This document shows, piece after piece, positions 19,082-28,873 of a DNA stretch of 64,000 nucleotides (positions within the stretch are counted from its first letter, which is position 1; every line of letters starts with the position of its first letter). The notes under the pieces were generated by a model, which saw only the letters and a program-made list of their open reading frames with translations, did no database searches and had not been told where the DNA came from. Source of the stretch: Turneriella sp. (GTDB lineage Bacteria; Spirochaetota; Leptospiria; Turneriellales; Turneriellaceae); the NCBI GenBank assembly GCA_965279515.1, contig CBDIID010000003.1, positions 2,761,097 through 2,825,096 on the forward strand. Direction: 5' to 3'. Made by a program: the position numbers and the translations under genes.

Positions 19082-20098
19082 ATGGATTACAAGTCGGCCG
19101 GTGTCGATACGCATTACGCGCAAAGGCTGATCCATAATCTCAAAGACCGCATCACCGCGACACACCGCGTCCCCAATGTCGGTGAAATCGCCGGCCAGTA
19201 CGGCGGCTTTGCGGGACGCTTTACATCCCCCCAGATACCAGGCTTTGACGTCGTCGCCACCACCGATGGCGTCGGCACCAAGACGCAACTCTTACGCCGG
19301 TTCAACTACCTCGACGGTATAGGCCAAGACCTCGTCGCCATGTGTGTCAACGACCTGTTCTGCTCCGGCGCCACCCCCGCTTTTTTCCTGGACTACATCG
19401 CCTGCGGCAAGCTCGATGAGAGCTGGTATGACCGCGTGCTCAGCAGTATCGCCGACGCGTGCGCGGCAACGCCGATGGCGCTCATGGGCGGAGAGACAGC
19501 CGAGCATCCCGGCGTTATGCCTGACGACGATTTTGACCTCGCGGGTTTCGCGGTCGGCTTTGTTCCCAAAGAGCGCAAGCTGCCGAACTTCGAGGCGCAA
19601 AAAGAGGGAGATCTACTCATTGCTCTGCCCGCATCGGGCCTGCATTCAAACGGCTTCTCTCTGGTGCGGAAAATTTTTGCCGAGATGGAAAAACAGAGCC
19701 CGGCTGAGTTTCAAACCATGGTCGCCAACCGCGATGAACTCATTGCCACCTGGCTGAATCCCACACGCATCTATTCTGAACTGCCGGGTCTCATTGCCGC
19801 GGCGCAAATCAAGGGGATTGCCCACATCACCGGCGGTGGCCTCCACGAAAACCTGCCGCGCGCCATTGCACCGGGTTTTGGCGCCGTTGTCGAAAACGCC
19901 GAACCGTTTCGCCTGAAGGCCGCACCAATACTTGAAAAATACGTCGAGCGTGAAAAACTCTTCCATACCTTCAACATGGGTACGGGAATTATTCTGATAG
20001 CTGCTGAATCCGAACTTACAACAATCAGAACGCATTACCCGCAGGCCGCGGTCATGGGCAAGCTCGCGCAGGGCGCCGGCGTTTCAATCCAGAAGTAG
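19082..20098 (+). CDS. purM: Phosphoribosylformylglycinamidine cyclo-ligase (AIR synthetase)
   Basis: YKSAGVD, TDGVGTK, GQDLVAMCVND, FFLDYIACGKL, GGETAEHPG, SGLHSNGFSLVR, AHITGGG, FNMGTG. Confidence 0.95.
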   Translation: MDYKSAGVDTHYAQRLIHNLKDRITATHRVPNVGEIAGQYGGFAGRFTSPQIPGFDVVATTDGVGTKTQLLRRFNYLDGIGQDLVAMCVNDLFCSGATPAFFLDYIACGKLDESWYDRVLSSIADACAATPMALMGGETAEHPGVMPDDDFDLAGFAVGFVPKERKLPNFEAQKEGDLLIALPASGLHSNGFSLVRKIFAEMEKQSPAEFQTMVANRDELIATWLNPTRIYSELPGLIAAAQIKGIAHITGGGLHENLPRAIAPGFGAVVENAEPFRLKAAPILEKYVEREKLFHTFNMGTGIILIAAESELTTIRTHYPQAAVMGKLAQGAGVSIQK

Positions 20099-20128
20099 TT
20101 TTGGCAAGATATTCGCCTCACGGCGGGT

Positions 20129-21034
20129 ATGACAAAAGCAGAATTTCTCGCGAGCGAAACCGGCAAACAGTATACAGCGCAGATGCGCCTGACGGGATTA
20201 AGGCCTGTCACCATCAATAACTATGCCCGGCGCGTCAGCGCGGCAGCAAGGTTTTTGCGGAAGGAGCCCTCCAGCCTCAGTTCAAAAGACGCAGAAGAGT
20301 TCATCCAGAAGGCGGCGCTCGAGGGTAACTCGAACATTAACAGCATTATTACATGCGTGGCGCTGAAATTTTATGTGACGCGCATACTGAAGAAACCCTG
20401 GCACAGCTTTGCGTTACCGCGCGTCCATAAACACCGTAAGCGGCGCGCACGGCCGTTGACGCGCGACGAAATTCTCGCCATCATCGATCGCACGCAGGGT
20501 CGTCGGTACCGGCTGCTCTTCGCCCTGATCTATGGCAGCGGCCTGCGCGTGGGTGAAGCGTGCCGGCTGCGTCTCAGAGATCTGGATTTTCACAATCTGA
20601 AAATTTATATCCGGGATGGAAAGGGCGGCCGTCACCGTGAAACGGTACTTTCTTCCGCGCTGGCAAAGGAACTCATGCTTTATATTTCCGAAAGGCGCCC
20701 GATCCAATGGCTTTTCCCTTCGAACCGCCAGACTTACGCGGCGGAAACCCTCTTTCCTGTGGTAATCAGAACAAAGCCTATCTCTGTGCGTTCGGCCCAG
20801 CGTGAGTTTGAAATTGCCTCCAACCAACTGAATCTTTCAGGGCTGGTCACCATCCACTCGCTGAGGCACTCTTTCGCCACCCATCTCGTGGAATATAATA
20901 TGCCGCTGTTTTCTGTGCAGCGTTTGCTGGGCCACCAACACCTCAACACAACGCTGGGTTATTTGTCGTCGATGGGTCGGCCCGTGGTTGAAGATTTTAG
21001 CCCGCTAGACCGCTTGCGCATCGCGCACCTGTAA
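20129..21034 (+). CDS. Solitary tyrosine recombinase (N-terminal SAM-like domain; IntI/IS91-associated-like)
   Basis: YGSGLRVGE, GKGG, HSLRHSFATH, LLGH...TTLGY and C-terminal SPLD; the full R-K-H-R-H-Y catalytic set is present. Confidence 0.9.
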   Translation: MTKAEFLASETGKQYTAQMRLTGLRPVTINNYARRVSAAARFLRKEPSSLSSKDAEEFIQKAALEGNSNINSIITCVALKFYVTRILKKPWHSFALPRVHKHRKRRARPLTRDEILAIIDRTQGRRYRLLFALIYGSGLRVGEACRLRLRDLDFHNLKIYIRDGKGGRHRETVLSSALAKELMLYISERRPIQWLFPSNRQTYAAETLFPVVIRTKPISVRSAQREFEIASNQLNLSGLVTIHSLRHSFATHLVEYNMPLFSVQRLLGHQHLNTTLGYLSSMGRPVVEDFSPLDRLRIAHL

Positions 21035-21784
21035 CAGCTGCGCGGCAATACTGACCGCAATTTCGGCGGGCTCGCTCTTCCCCAGCTTCAGGCCAATCGG
21101 GCAATGGAAGTCTTCGGCACGGGTGGGATGTATCCCCGCGGCAATCAGATCGGCGATAAGTACGGCCCTTTTACTCTTGCTGCCAATCACTCCCACATAA
21201 GGGAAGGATCTGTCGCGTTGCAGGCAGGCCATCAGAACGGGAAAATCCGTGGCATGGCCCTGCGTCATCATCAGCACGAATGTCTCATCAGACAGGCTAT
21301 GGATTTCCATAGCCGGGTTTTCGCGCAGGCGCTTTATCAGCTTCGGGCTATTGGGCAGTGCCTGCAACCATTCGTCGCGAGCATCGACACAAATCACCCG
21401 GCAATTCAGGGTAAGCAGCGAAACCACCAGCGCCTGCGCTACATGCCCTGCACCAAAGACGGCAATCTGCCAATCCGAAACAGCGTAGGTTTCAAAGTAG
21501 AGTTTTACGCGCCCACCGCAGGTCATACCGACGTCACGTTCTAAATGCCAGTCGAAATGCGTGTTCGCCTGTTTCCGACGAAGTAAATCCGCCGCTGTCG
21601 CCAGCGCCTTCGCCTCGACTTTGCCGCCACCCACCGTGCCATAGATAAGACCCTGTTCATCGCAGAGCATTTTTGCACCGGATTCCTGGGGCGCAGAACC
21701 GAGCGCCTCGGTCAGAATGACCATGGCGAATGGGCGACCCGAATCAAGCAATTCGCGGTGTTTTTCCCAGAACAAGGATTTCAC
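21005..21784 (-). CDS. xdhC: Xanthine dehydrogenase accessory protein XdhC
   Basis: GSAPQESGAKM, GTVGGGKVE, GMTCGG, FGAGHVA, MTQGHATD, CPIGL..GKSEPAEIAVSIAAQLL. Confidence 0.93.
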   Translation of the reverse strand: MKSLFWEKHRELLDSGRPFAMVILTEALGSAPQESGAKMLCDEQGLIYGTVGGGKVEAKALATAADLLRRKQANTHFDWHLERDVGMTCGGRVKLYFETYAVSDWQIAVFGAGHVAQALVVSLLTLNCRVICVDARDEWLQALPNSPKLIKRLRENPAMEIHSLSDETFVLMMTQGHATDFPVLMACLQRDRSFPYVGVIGSKSKRAVLIADLIAAGIHPTRAEDFHCPIGLKLGKSEPAEIAVSIAAQLLQVRDAQAV

Positions 21785-21808
21785 TAAGGGGATATCTGCG
21801 ATACCCCC

Positions 21809-24175
21809 TTAAACCCCCGCAATAAGCATTAAGATTTCTTCGTTTGTGGCAGGTAGGTTGATGTGTGCTGGTTTACCAGTCATATATGATAAGGCATTCT
21901 TCACCGCGCAGAAAACTGCCAGGCCGAGCATCAGCGGTGGCTCGGCGACAGCCTTCGACGAACGGATGTTGAAGTCGTGCAAGGTATTCTCGAAAAATTC
22001 CAGCCGGAAATCGTCGGGGATATCCTGAATGTTCGGGATCTTATACGTCGTCGGCGAATGCGAGAGCAAGGCGCCTTTCTCATTGTATTTCAGCTCTTCT
22101 GCCGTCACCCAACCGATGCCTTGCACCAGGCCACCGATTAGCTGCCCACGATCGATGCCAGGGTTGATCGCCTTGCCAATATCCATAAGCACATCAAGGC
22201 GGTCGATCGTGAGCGCTCCGGTAAAACGGTCGATCGAAATCTCGGCCACGCAGGCACCGTTGGTAAAATAATAGAACGGGCTGCCCTTGCCCGTTGCATA
22301 ATCGAAGTCGATGCCCGGCGTGGCATAGAAGCCACGCTCACCCATCGAAATGCGTTCACGCCACGCCTTTTGTGTAAGTTCGGCGAAGGTGATACTTTGT
22401 CCCCCCTCCGCCTTACCGGGCACCTCCCCCCGCCTGCGGGGGGAGGACGGGAGGGGGGACACGCCCACTATTCCATCACAAAACTCGATTTTATCAGGAG
22501 TAGTCGAAAACAGCTTCGCCGCAAATTCGGTAAGCCGCCCGCGGATCTTTTGGCAAGCCACAGCCGCCGCATTGCCGTTGAGGTCTGTACCCGCGGAAGC
22601 AGCCGTCGGCGCCGTGTTATTCGACTTCTCGCTCGATGTTGCCATCACACGCACATCTTCATAACGCACACCTAACTCGTCGGCGACGATCTGCTGCACC
22701 TTCGTGTAGAGGCCCTGCCCCATTTCCGTGCCACCGGTTGAAACCTGCACGGTGCCGTCGGTGTAGACGTTGACCAGGGCATTACCCTGGTTCAGAAATT
22801 TCGTGGTGAATGAAATGCCGAATTTGACACCGGTAAGGGCGAGACCTTTGATTTGCTCCCTTCCCCCAGACTTGGGGGAAGGGCCGGGGTTAGGGGCGAG
22901 GGCGGCAAAATTATGGTTATCAATTTCTTTACGTCTTTCGGCATAATTCGAACTTGCATAAAGCTGATCAAACAACTCGGGCAAGACATTATTTTTTACG
23001 TGCTGCCCGTAGTAGGTTACGGCATTCTGTCCCTGATAAAGATTTCGTTTGCGTACTCCGAGCGCATCGATCCCTAGCTCGACGGCGATATCTTCCAGAA
23101 TATTCTCGATAGCCGCTACCCCCTGCGGTCCGCCAAAGCCACGGAACGCAGTGTTGGATGGATAATTCGTACGGCAGATGGTTCCCGTGGCGCGCAGGTT
23201 GGGAATGTCATAGCAGTTATCGGTATGGAAAAGAGTGCGTGAGATAATCGAAGTCGAAAGGTCTGCCGTGCAACCGCCGTCGGAAAAATAATCGATCGCA
23301 AGTGCAGTAACCCGGCCCTCTGCGGTAAATCCCACTTCGTAAAAAGATTTCACCGGGTGGCGTTTGCCCGTCACCATCATGTCGGTGTCTTTGTCGAACT
23401 GGCAGCGCGCCGGCCGGCGTGTCTTCGCTGCCACAATACCCGCCATCAGCGCGGGCATCACCGCTTGCGTCTCTTTTCCCCCGAAGCCGCCGCCCATGCG
23501 CTTGCAGATACAGATGACATCGCTGTGCTTGAGGCCCAGAACTTCGGCGACTACCTTCTGTACTTCGGTGGTATTCTGCGTCGAGGAATGCACGACAAGT
23601 TCGCGGCCCTCGCCCGGCACAGCATACGCGGCCTGCGACTCAAGATAAAACTGTTCCTGGCCACCGGTAAAGAATTCACCTTTCAAGCTGCGTTCTGCCG
23701 TTTTCAGCGCGGCTTCAACATCACCCTGTTCCATCTTGATGGTCTTGTCTATGAAGAGTTTTTTTTCGCGCGCCTCGTCGATCGAGAGCACGGCGGGCAA
23801 CTCCTTCAGCTCAAGCTTCACGGCTTTTTTGGCGAGATTTACCAGGTCGCGCGTCGGCGCCGCTACAACAACAATGGGCTCACCCAAATAATGCGCGTGT
23901 TTTTCCGCTAAGAAAACTTCATCTTTGATAATCGGGCCAAAGAGGTTGATGCCTTCGATATCCTTATGAGTGAATACAAACGCTCCGGGAATTTCACTGA
24001 CCCCGCTGGTATCGACCCTGAGGATTTCACTATGCGCAAATCTACTGCCCACGAAGTCGACGATGAGCTCGCCGGGTAACTGCGGCATATCATCGATATA
24101 CGGCGCCGCGCCCTGCACATGGCCAATAGCCGATTCGTGCGGGTGTGAAACTCCGACTGCGCCCGTCGCCGTCAT
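21809..24175 (-). CDS. xdhB: Xanthine dehydrogenase molybdopterin-binding subunit
   Basis: PHESAIGHVQG, GGQEQFYLE, RMGGGFGGKETQ, AFRGFGGPQG, GTEMGQGL, PTAASAGTDLNG, SKAVAEPP. Confidence 0.95.
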   Translation of the reverse strand: MTATGAVGVSHPHESAIGHVQGAAPYIDDMPQLPGELIVDFVGSRFAHSEILRVDTSGVSEIPGAFVFTHKDIEGINLFGPIIKDEVFLAEKHAHYLGEPIVVVAAPTRDLVNLAKKAVKLELKELPAVLSIDEAREKKLFIDKTIKMEQGDVEAALKTAERSLKGEFFTGGQEQFYLESQAAYAVPGEGRELVVHSSTQNTTEVQKVVAEVLGLKHSDVICICKRMGGGFGGKETQAVMPALMAGIVAAKTRRPARCQFDKDTDMMVTGKRHPVKSFYEVGFTAEGRVTALAIDYFSDGGCTADLSTSIISRTLFHTDNCYDIPNLRATGTICRTNYPSNTAFRGFGGPQGVAAIENILEDIAVELGIDALGVRKRNLYQGQNAVTYYGQHVKNNVLPELFDQLYASSNYAERRKEIDNHNFAALAPNPGPSPKSGGREQIKGLALTGVKFGISFTTKFLNQGNALVNVYTDGTVQVSTGGTEMGQGLYTKVQQIVADELGVRYEDVRVMATSSEKSNNTAPTAASAGTDLNGNAAAVACQKIRGRLTEFAAKLFSTTPDKIEFCDGIVGVSPLPSSPRRRGEVPGKAEGGQSITFAELTQKAWRERISMGERGFYATPGIDFDYATGKGSPFYYFTNGACVAEISIDRFTGALTIDRLDVLMDIGKAINPGIDRGQLIGGLVQGIGWVTAEELKYNEKGALLSHSPTTYKIPNIQDIPDDFRLEFFENTLHDFNIRSSKAVAEPPLMLGLAVFCAVKNALSYMTGKPAHINLPATNEEILMLIAGV
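22399..22460. repeat. Nested GC-rich palindrome (family A) inserted in frame in xdhB
   Basis: Outer stem GTCCCCCCTCC/GGAGGGGGGAC; inner stem CCTCCCCCCGC/GCGGGGGGAGG; translated as VSPLPSSPRRRGEVPGKAEGGQ. Confidence 0.8.
22858..22897. repeat. GC-rich palindrome (family B) inserted in frame in xdhB
   Basis: 11-bp stem CCCTTCCCCCA-gact-TGGGGGAAGGG plus ccggggttaggggc tail; translated as APNPGPSPKSGGRE. Confidence 0.7.
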
Positions 24176-24567
24176 GTGATTCTCCCGACTGCCTTCAGAT
24201 AGGCAATCGTGGTTCCGAAAATAAGACCAGCCACAGCGGTTAAAGGTGCAATTCTCAGCAGGCGGGGAAACCGCGTCGCCGCGCCGCGATAAACACGAAC
24301 CGATAAGAACAGAATCAACCCCAAACCACAGATGCAGAAAATCCCGAGACCCAGTGTGACATAGTCTCCCGGAAGTTGTGGCTGAAGCAGTCCGGTAAGG
24401 CGGCGGTACGCTGTGACCGCGACACCGCCGAGGATTATACCCAGGGTGGGTGGCAAAAAGATCAAAACCGTCATCAGCCTGGGTTCCAGAAGATCCATCA
24501 CCCGCCGCCGGCGCTCCGCCTTTTGTTCGGCGCGCTTTATCGTTTCATTGCCTGCGCCGATTTCCAT
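24172..24567 (-). CDS. Small hypothetical membrane protein (about 3 TM) between xdhA and xdhB
   Basis: Starts 2 nt after the xdhA stop; its TGA overlaps the xdhB ATG; three hydrophobic stretches. Confidence 0.6.
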   Translation of the reverse strand: MEIGAGNETIKRAEQKAERRRRVMDLLEPRLMTVLIFLPPTLGIILGGVAVTAYRRLTGLLQPQLPGDYVTLGLGIFCICGLGLILFLSVRVYRGAATRFPRLLRIAPLTAVAGLIFGTTIAYLKAVGRIT

Positions 24568-24569
24568 AC

Positions 24570-26021
24570 TTAGCCCGCCTTAACACTCGCCGCATTTACG
24601 GTTTCAAAATGAAATTTCCGGAACAGGTTACGGATCAGAATCTTTCGGAAATCCGCCGAACCCCGCACATCGCTCTGCGGTTGCACTTCTGACATCGCAG
24701 ATTCACCGGCTTTGCGAAACCCTTCTTCTGAAAGTTCAGTACCCATCAAGAGCTTCTCCGTATTGCTGAGGCGCAGAATGGTCGCCGCAACGCCACCCGC
24801 AGCCAGTTGCGCACCGGCAATTTTAGATCCGGCCATTTGCAGGTGGATGGCCAACGTCACGGTTGAAATATCGAGATCACGGCGCTTCGATACTTTGTAG
24901 AGCTTGAACAAACTGCCCGGCTTGGGTAACGGTACGATAACTTTCGTCAAAAGTTCATCGGGCTTCAGGTCGAATTTTCTATAACCCGTGTAAAAACTAT
25001 GGATGTCAATTTCACGCGAGCCCGTAGCCGAGGTGACGACCAGGCGCGCACCCAATGCATAAAGGCACGGCAACGAATCGGCGATCGGCGAAGCGTTGAT
25101 GATATTGCCGCCAATGGTAGCGGCGTTTCTGATCTGCTCTGCGGCAAAAATCTTGAGGATGCCATGCAGTTCAGGCAATTCGGTTTTTGTGACAGCCAGC
25201 ACGTCAGACCAGTTCGCCGCCGCGCCGATTTCGAGCGCATCACCTTTTTTTTGTATCGCGGCGATTTCATGCAGGTGCGCGATAAACAGCGCCTGCGTAA
25301 TCACCGACCGTCCTTTGTTATGCTGCACGCCGAGGTCAGTGGCGCCCGCTACGATTTTTAATTGCGGCATCGCGGCGCGTAGCTTCAGCGCTTCAGCCAG
25401 ATTCGCGGGTTTAAAGAAGGTTTGTCCCGAAGTCGTTCCGATCTTCAGGGATTGGCCGGTGGTTTTCGCAAACTCGGTTTCCATCGTTTTGCGGTCAAAA
25501 CGTTCGCTGATTTTGACCTGCTGCGCCGAATTCAGCGCCAAACCGGCTTTGACGATTGCCTCATAACCGGTGCAACGGCAGAGATTCCCAGCGAGTTTGT
25601 CTTTGATGGTAACAGTGGTATGCGACTTTTCTTTTTCAGCCATGTCGGCGAGCGCCATAACAAAGCCAGGCGTACAGAAGCCACATTGCGAACCGAAACA
25701 CTCGACCATCGCCTGTTGCGCGGGGTGCAGCGTACCGTTTTCTGCAAGGGCTTCGACGGTGATGACATGACACGAATCGAGCTGGAATAAAAACTGGATG
25801 CAGGAATCGACAATGCGGTATTCGAGTTTGCCGACGGGGTTCATCCAACCGAGAATGATCGTGCAGGCGCCGCAGTCACCTTCACTGCAAACAATCTTGG
25901 TGCCCGTCATGGCTCTTTTTACCCTGAGCCAGGTCGAGAGCGTCAGAAATGTATCTTCGCCCGAAATCTCAACACGTTCATGGTTCAGATAGAAGACAAT
26001 CTTTTCGCGGGTAACAGCCAT
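24570..26021 (-). CDS. xdhA: Xanthine dehydrogenase small subunit (2x[2Fe-2S] plus FAD)
   Basis: CSEGDCGAC, QCGFCTPG, GNLCRCTGY, AGATDLG, IRNAATIGGNIINASPIAD, SKRRDLDIS. Confidence 0.95.
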   Translation of the reverse strand: MAVTREKIVFYLNHERVEISGEDTFLTLSTWLRVKRAMTGTKIVCSEGDCGACTIILGWMNPVGKLEYRIVDSCIQFLFQLDSCHVITVEALAENGTLHPAQQAMVECFGSQCGFCTPGFVMALADMAEKEKSHTTVTIKDKLAGNLCRCTGYEAIVKAGLALNSAQQVKISERFDRKTMETEFAKTTGQSLKIGTTSGQTFFKPANLAEALKLRAAMPQLKIVAGATDLGVQHNKGRSVITQALFIAHLHEIAAIQKKGDALEIGAAANWSDVLAVTKTELPELHGILKIFAAEQIRNAATIGGNIINASPIADSLPCLYALGARLVVTSATGSREIDIHSFYTGYRKFDLKPDELLTKVIVPLPKPGSLFKLYKVSKRRDLDISTVTLAIHLQMAGSKIAGAQLAAGGVAATILRLSNTEKLLMGTELSEEGFRKAGESAMSEVQPQSDVRGSADFRKILIRNLFRKFHFETVNAASVKAG

Positions 26022-26138
26022 GGCAATACAGGTTCGCTTAAGTCAGCATCTTTTGTGCCAAGCGGATGGCAGTAAAGCAGAAAAGCTTTGGGAGAAAAAA
26101 GTACTCTTGCTTTCGGCGGATTATGCCGATCGACAAGC

Positions 26139-26831
26139 ATGATGTCCCGATTCACCGCCTTCGCCCTCGTTTTCGCTGGCCTCTTTGCCCTCGCTGCAGG
26201 TATCACCGCGATCGATAGCGCGTATAAAAACGCCCCTGATACCGAGGTAAACCTCGAAGACCAGGCGCTCGATTCTCAGATTAAAGAAGAGATCGTAAAA
26301 ATTGAAAAACTGCATACGCTGCGTAACCTGAAATCCATCCACATGGCCCCCCAGCAAACTAAAGTACGCATGAGCAGCAACGGCGAATGCCTCGAAGTCG
26401 ATGCGCACGCAGAAAACCATGAAATGGTCCGTATCAAATCTGCACCGATTGACTACAAAGTGCAGAATATTCAGATCTGCTTCACGGGCGATAAAGTGTC
26501 ACGCATCGAATCGGCTTTCACGACCATTTCACTGCGCAAGCAAGAAACCGCAAATAATAGTTTTGTCCATAAAGACCCGGCCAAGGTGGGGGCCAATGAT
26601 ATTGTACTCACGACGGCAATGAACCAGCGACCGAAGCCGCCGCTACGGGTCGGCGACCTCGAAAACACCAAGGTTAATCCGTTGCGCTTGTCGTTCAAGC
26701 GCGATTATTATTTACCACACCTGCGCAACACAACCTACATTTTACAGCTCACGTACGATTGGCATAAGCGCGAAGCGGTGAAAACAAACGAAAAAACCGT
26801 AAACACCTATATCAACGCGACTACTCCGTAG
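26139..26831 (+). CDS. Hypothetical exported protein
   Basis: N-terminal hydrophobic signal; no recognised domain. Confidence 0.6.
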   Translation: MMSRFTAFALVFAGLFALAAGITAIDSAYKNAPDTEVNLEDQALDSQIKEEIVKIEKLHTLRNLKSIHMAPQQTKVRMSSNGECLEVDAHAENHEMVRIKSAPIDYKVQNIQICFTGDKVSRIESAFTTISLRKQETANNSFVHKDPAKVGANDIVLTTAMNQRPKPPLRVGDLENTKVNPLRLSFKRDYYLPHLRNTTYILQLTYDWHKREAVKTNEKTVNTYINATTP

Positions 26832-27486
26832 CGCCGGCCTTTTTTAGAATTTTACGGATTTCGTCCGTGTCCTTGCTGGGCGTGCCATAACCCTGGCCGA
26901 TAATGCCCAGCGGGGATTGCCCCTGTTTATTGCGGGTCGTTGCCTGCGCGCCGGCCTTCACCAGCAATTTCACGACGATAAGATCGTCGCGCCGCACCGC
27001 ATGGTGCAGCGCGGTTAAACCTTCACTATCCGCCTTATTCACATCAGCGCCGGATTTCAAAAGTAATGCGACAACCTTCGCGACGGCAGCCTTGCGTTTT
27101 TCCAGGGCTTTTGGCCCATCCTTTTTCATTTCTTCTTTGAGACCGGGAGCAGTCCTGCCGCCGCCTGACTTGCGTATATGATGCATATCGAGGCCGCAGA
27201 CCATGAGCGCTGTTTTACCCTCGGCGTCCGTTGTATTAACATCGGCGCCCTTTTTCACCAACGCGGCAACCGCTTCCGGGAAATTACGCTCCGCCGCGTA
27301 CATCAACGGTGTGCCGGCATCGGCAGAGCGCTGGTTGAGTTGTGCCGCGTTCGCGGACAGGGCTTCGTTAACCTCTTTGATATCGCCCGAAGCAATGGCG
27401 GCCATCAGTTTTTGGTTGGGTTCTTCGCCATGTAGCGCCGTCAGCGCCAAGGCGACGAACAAGGTTGGATAAAAAATATTCCGCAT
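26821..27486 (-). CDS. Exported ankyrin-repeat protein
   Basis: Signal peptide; GTPLMYAA, GKTALM, GLTALHHA, GADVN repeats. Confidence 0.9.
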   Translation of the reverse strand: MRNIFYPTLFVALALTALHGEEPNQKLMAAIASGDIKEVNEALSANAAQLNQRSADAGTPLMYAAERNFPEAVAALVKKGADVNTTDAEGKTALMVCGLDMHHIRKSGGGRTAPGLKEEMKKDGPKALEKRKAAVAKVVALLLKSGADVNKADSEGLTALHHAVRRDDLIVVKLLVKAGAQATTRNKQGQSPLGIIGQGYGTPSKDTDEIRKILKKAGATE

Positions 27487-27528
27487 AGCGGCCAGCACCG
27501 CTCTCAAACTTCCGCCGGGAATTCTTTT

Positions 27529-28818
27529 TTAAGCTTTGGGGCTGAAAACCCGGACGGGTTTCTCGCGTCCCTTGACGGGAACCTCGCCTTTTTCGACAAA
27601 CTGAAAAGATTCCCCCGCAGCAACGCGCACTTCTTCAGAAACGAGAATCTCGCTCGCAAACTGCTTGTTGAGCTGCTCGATGCGCGAAGCCACATTGATG
27701 ACATCGCCAATCACGGTGTATTCCTTACGTTTGTCAGAGCCGACATTGCCCGTCAAAGCCTCGCCGCTGTGAATGCCGATACCGATACCCAGGGCTGCAA
27801 CAGTGCCAGCTTCGGTGCGTTTTTTAAGCTCATCGGAAATCACCAGCGCCGTTTTCACGGCGTTGATGGCATGGCTGTTATCGTCGAGCGGCGCGCCAAA
27901 CACGGCGAGAAACCCATCACCCAGGAACTTATTGATGATACCCGAATGCGCATGCACGATATCGATCATAAATTCGAGCAATTTGTTGAGCTCAGTATAA
28001 ACCTCGTGCGCGCTGCGACTCTCCGAAAATGTCGTAAAACTGCGAATATCGAGAAACAGCGCGGTAATATGGCGGATCTCCGCCAGGTTCGTGTCACGCG
28101 ACGTGAGCAGTTTCTGCACGACTTCCTGCGAAACATGTTCGCCGAAGAGCGCCTCAATTTCTTGTTTCTTTCGCTGTGATTCGATAACATGGAGGACGCG
28201 CTGTCTGAGCTGAGACGCGACGAAACCTGCGATCGCCGCGCCGCCCAGAATAAAGAACGCTTTCACAAAGTGGTTGGGCATCGTAAAAAGTAGCGACGGG
28301 TATGGGGGCTGGTTCGTTCCCATAATATGATAAACAAAAGCGATATAGGTAATCGCGGCGCTCAGCCCCGTCGTCAGGCAAATCCAGGGATTCAGCCGCA
28401 GCACCGATAAGATCACGAAGAAAGCGTACGCGAAAAGCGGTGGCATAGCCAGCCCTGCTGCCAGATCACCCTGGGGCGCGAAGAGCCAGAGCGCAAAGCT
28501 CGGTACCGTGCCTTCCATCGCAGCGTTGAAAAGACGTCCCGGTAGGGGCAGCGTTTTCTTTTTACGGGCCAGGCGCGAGATCACGGCGAAGGCGAGTGCA
28601 TAAAACACAGTCACACCTCCAAAAAAAGCCGGCAAAAGAGCTACGTTGACGCGGCCACGGAAAAGTTCATTATAACGCTCCGCGGCAACCAGGTAAAAAC
28701 CGAGGCTGAGCACAAACATCGAAGCAAAACTGATGACGATAATCTTAATGCGCAGGACTTCGGAAGTGGCAATTTCTTCTGAGAGTGCGTCTAAAAGTTC
28801 GGTATTCGGGTGGGCCAT
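27529..28818 (-). CDS. Membrane-bound class III adenylate/guanylate cyclase
   Basis: Multiple TM helices followed by FLDIRSFT, NKFLGDGFLAVFG, GIGIHSG, YTVIGDVINVASRIE. Confidence 0.9.
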   Translation of the reverse strand: MAHPNTELLDALSEEIATSEVLRIKIIVISFASMFVLSLGFYLVAAERYNELFRGRVNVALLPAFFGGVTVFYALAFAVISRLARKKKTLPLPGRLFNAAMEGTVPSFALWLFAPQGDLAAGLAMPPLFAYAFFVILSVLRLNPWICLTTGLSAAITYIAFVYHIMGTNQPPYPSLLFTMPNHFVKAFFILGGAAIAGFVASQLRQRVLHVIESQRKKQEIEALFGEHVSQEVVQKLLTSRDTNLAEIRHITALFLDIRSFTTFSESRSAHEVYTELNKLLEFMIDIVHAHSGIINKFLGDGFLAVFGAPLDDNSHAINAVKTALVISDELKKRTEAGTVAALGIGIGIHSGEALTGNVGSDKRKEYTVIGDVINVASRIEQLNKQFASEILVSEEVRVAAGESFQFVEKGEVPVKGREKPVRVFSPKA

Positions 28819-28873
28819 AACGAAGCCTCAAAACGAATCTCAACCTGTAAATTCTCTTTGCCGAACTGAATAG

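Noticed and set aside
20129-21034. Calling the recombinase intI or xerC/D
   Set aside because: It lacks the clear IntI-specific insertion, has no adjacent attI or cassettes, and has no diagnostic Xer motifs; left unnamed
21785-21811. Small hairpin between xdhB and xdhC
   Set aside because: Imperfect, single copy, overlaps the stop codon; at most an intercistronic stability element
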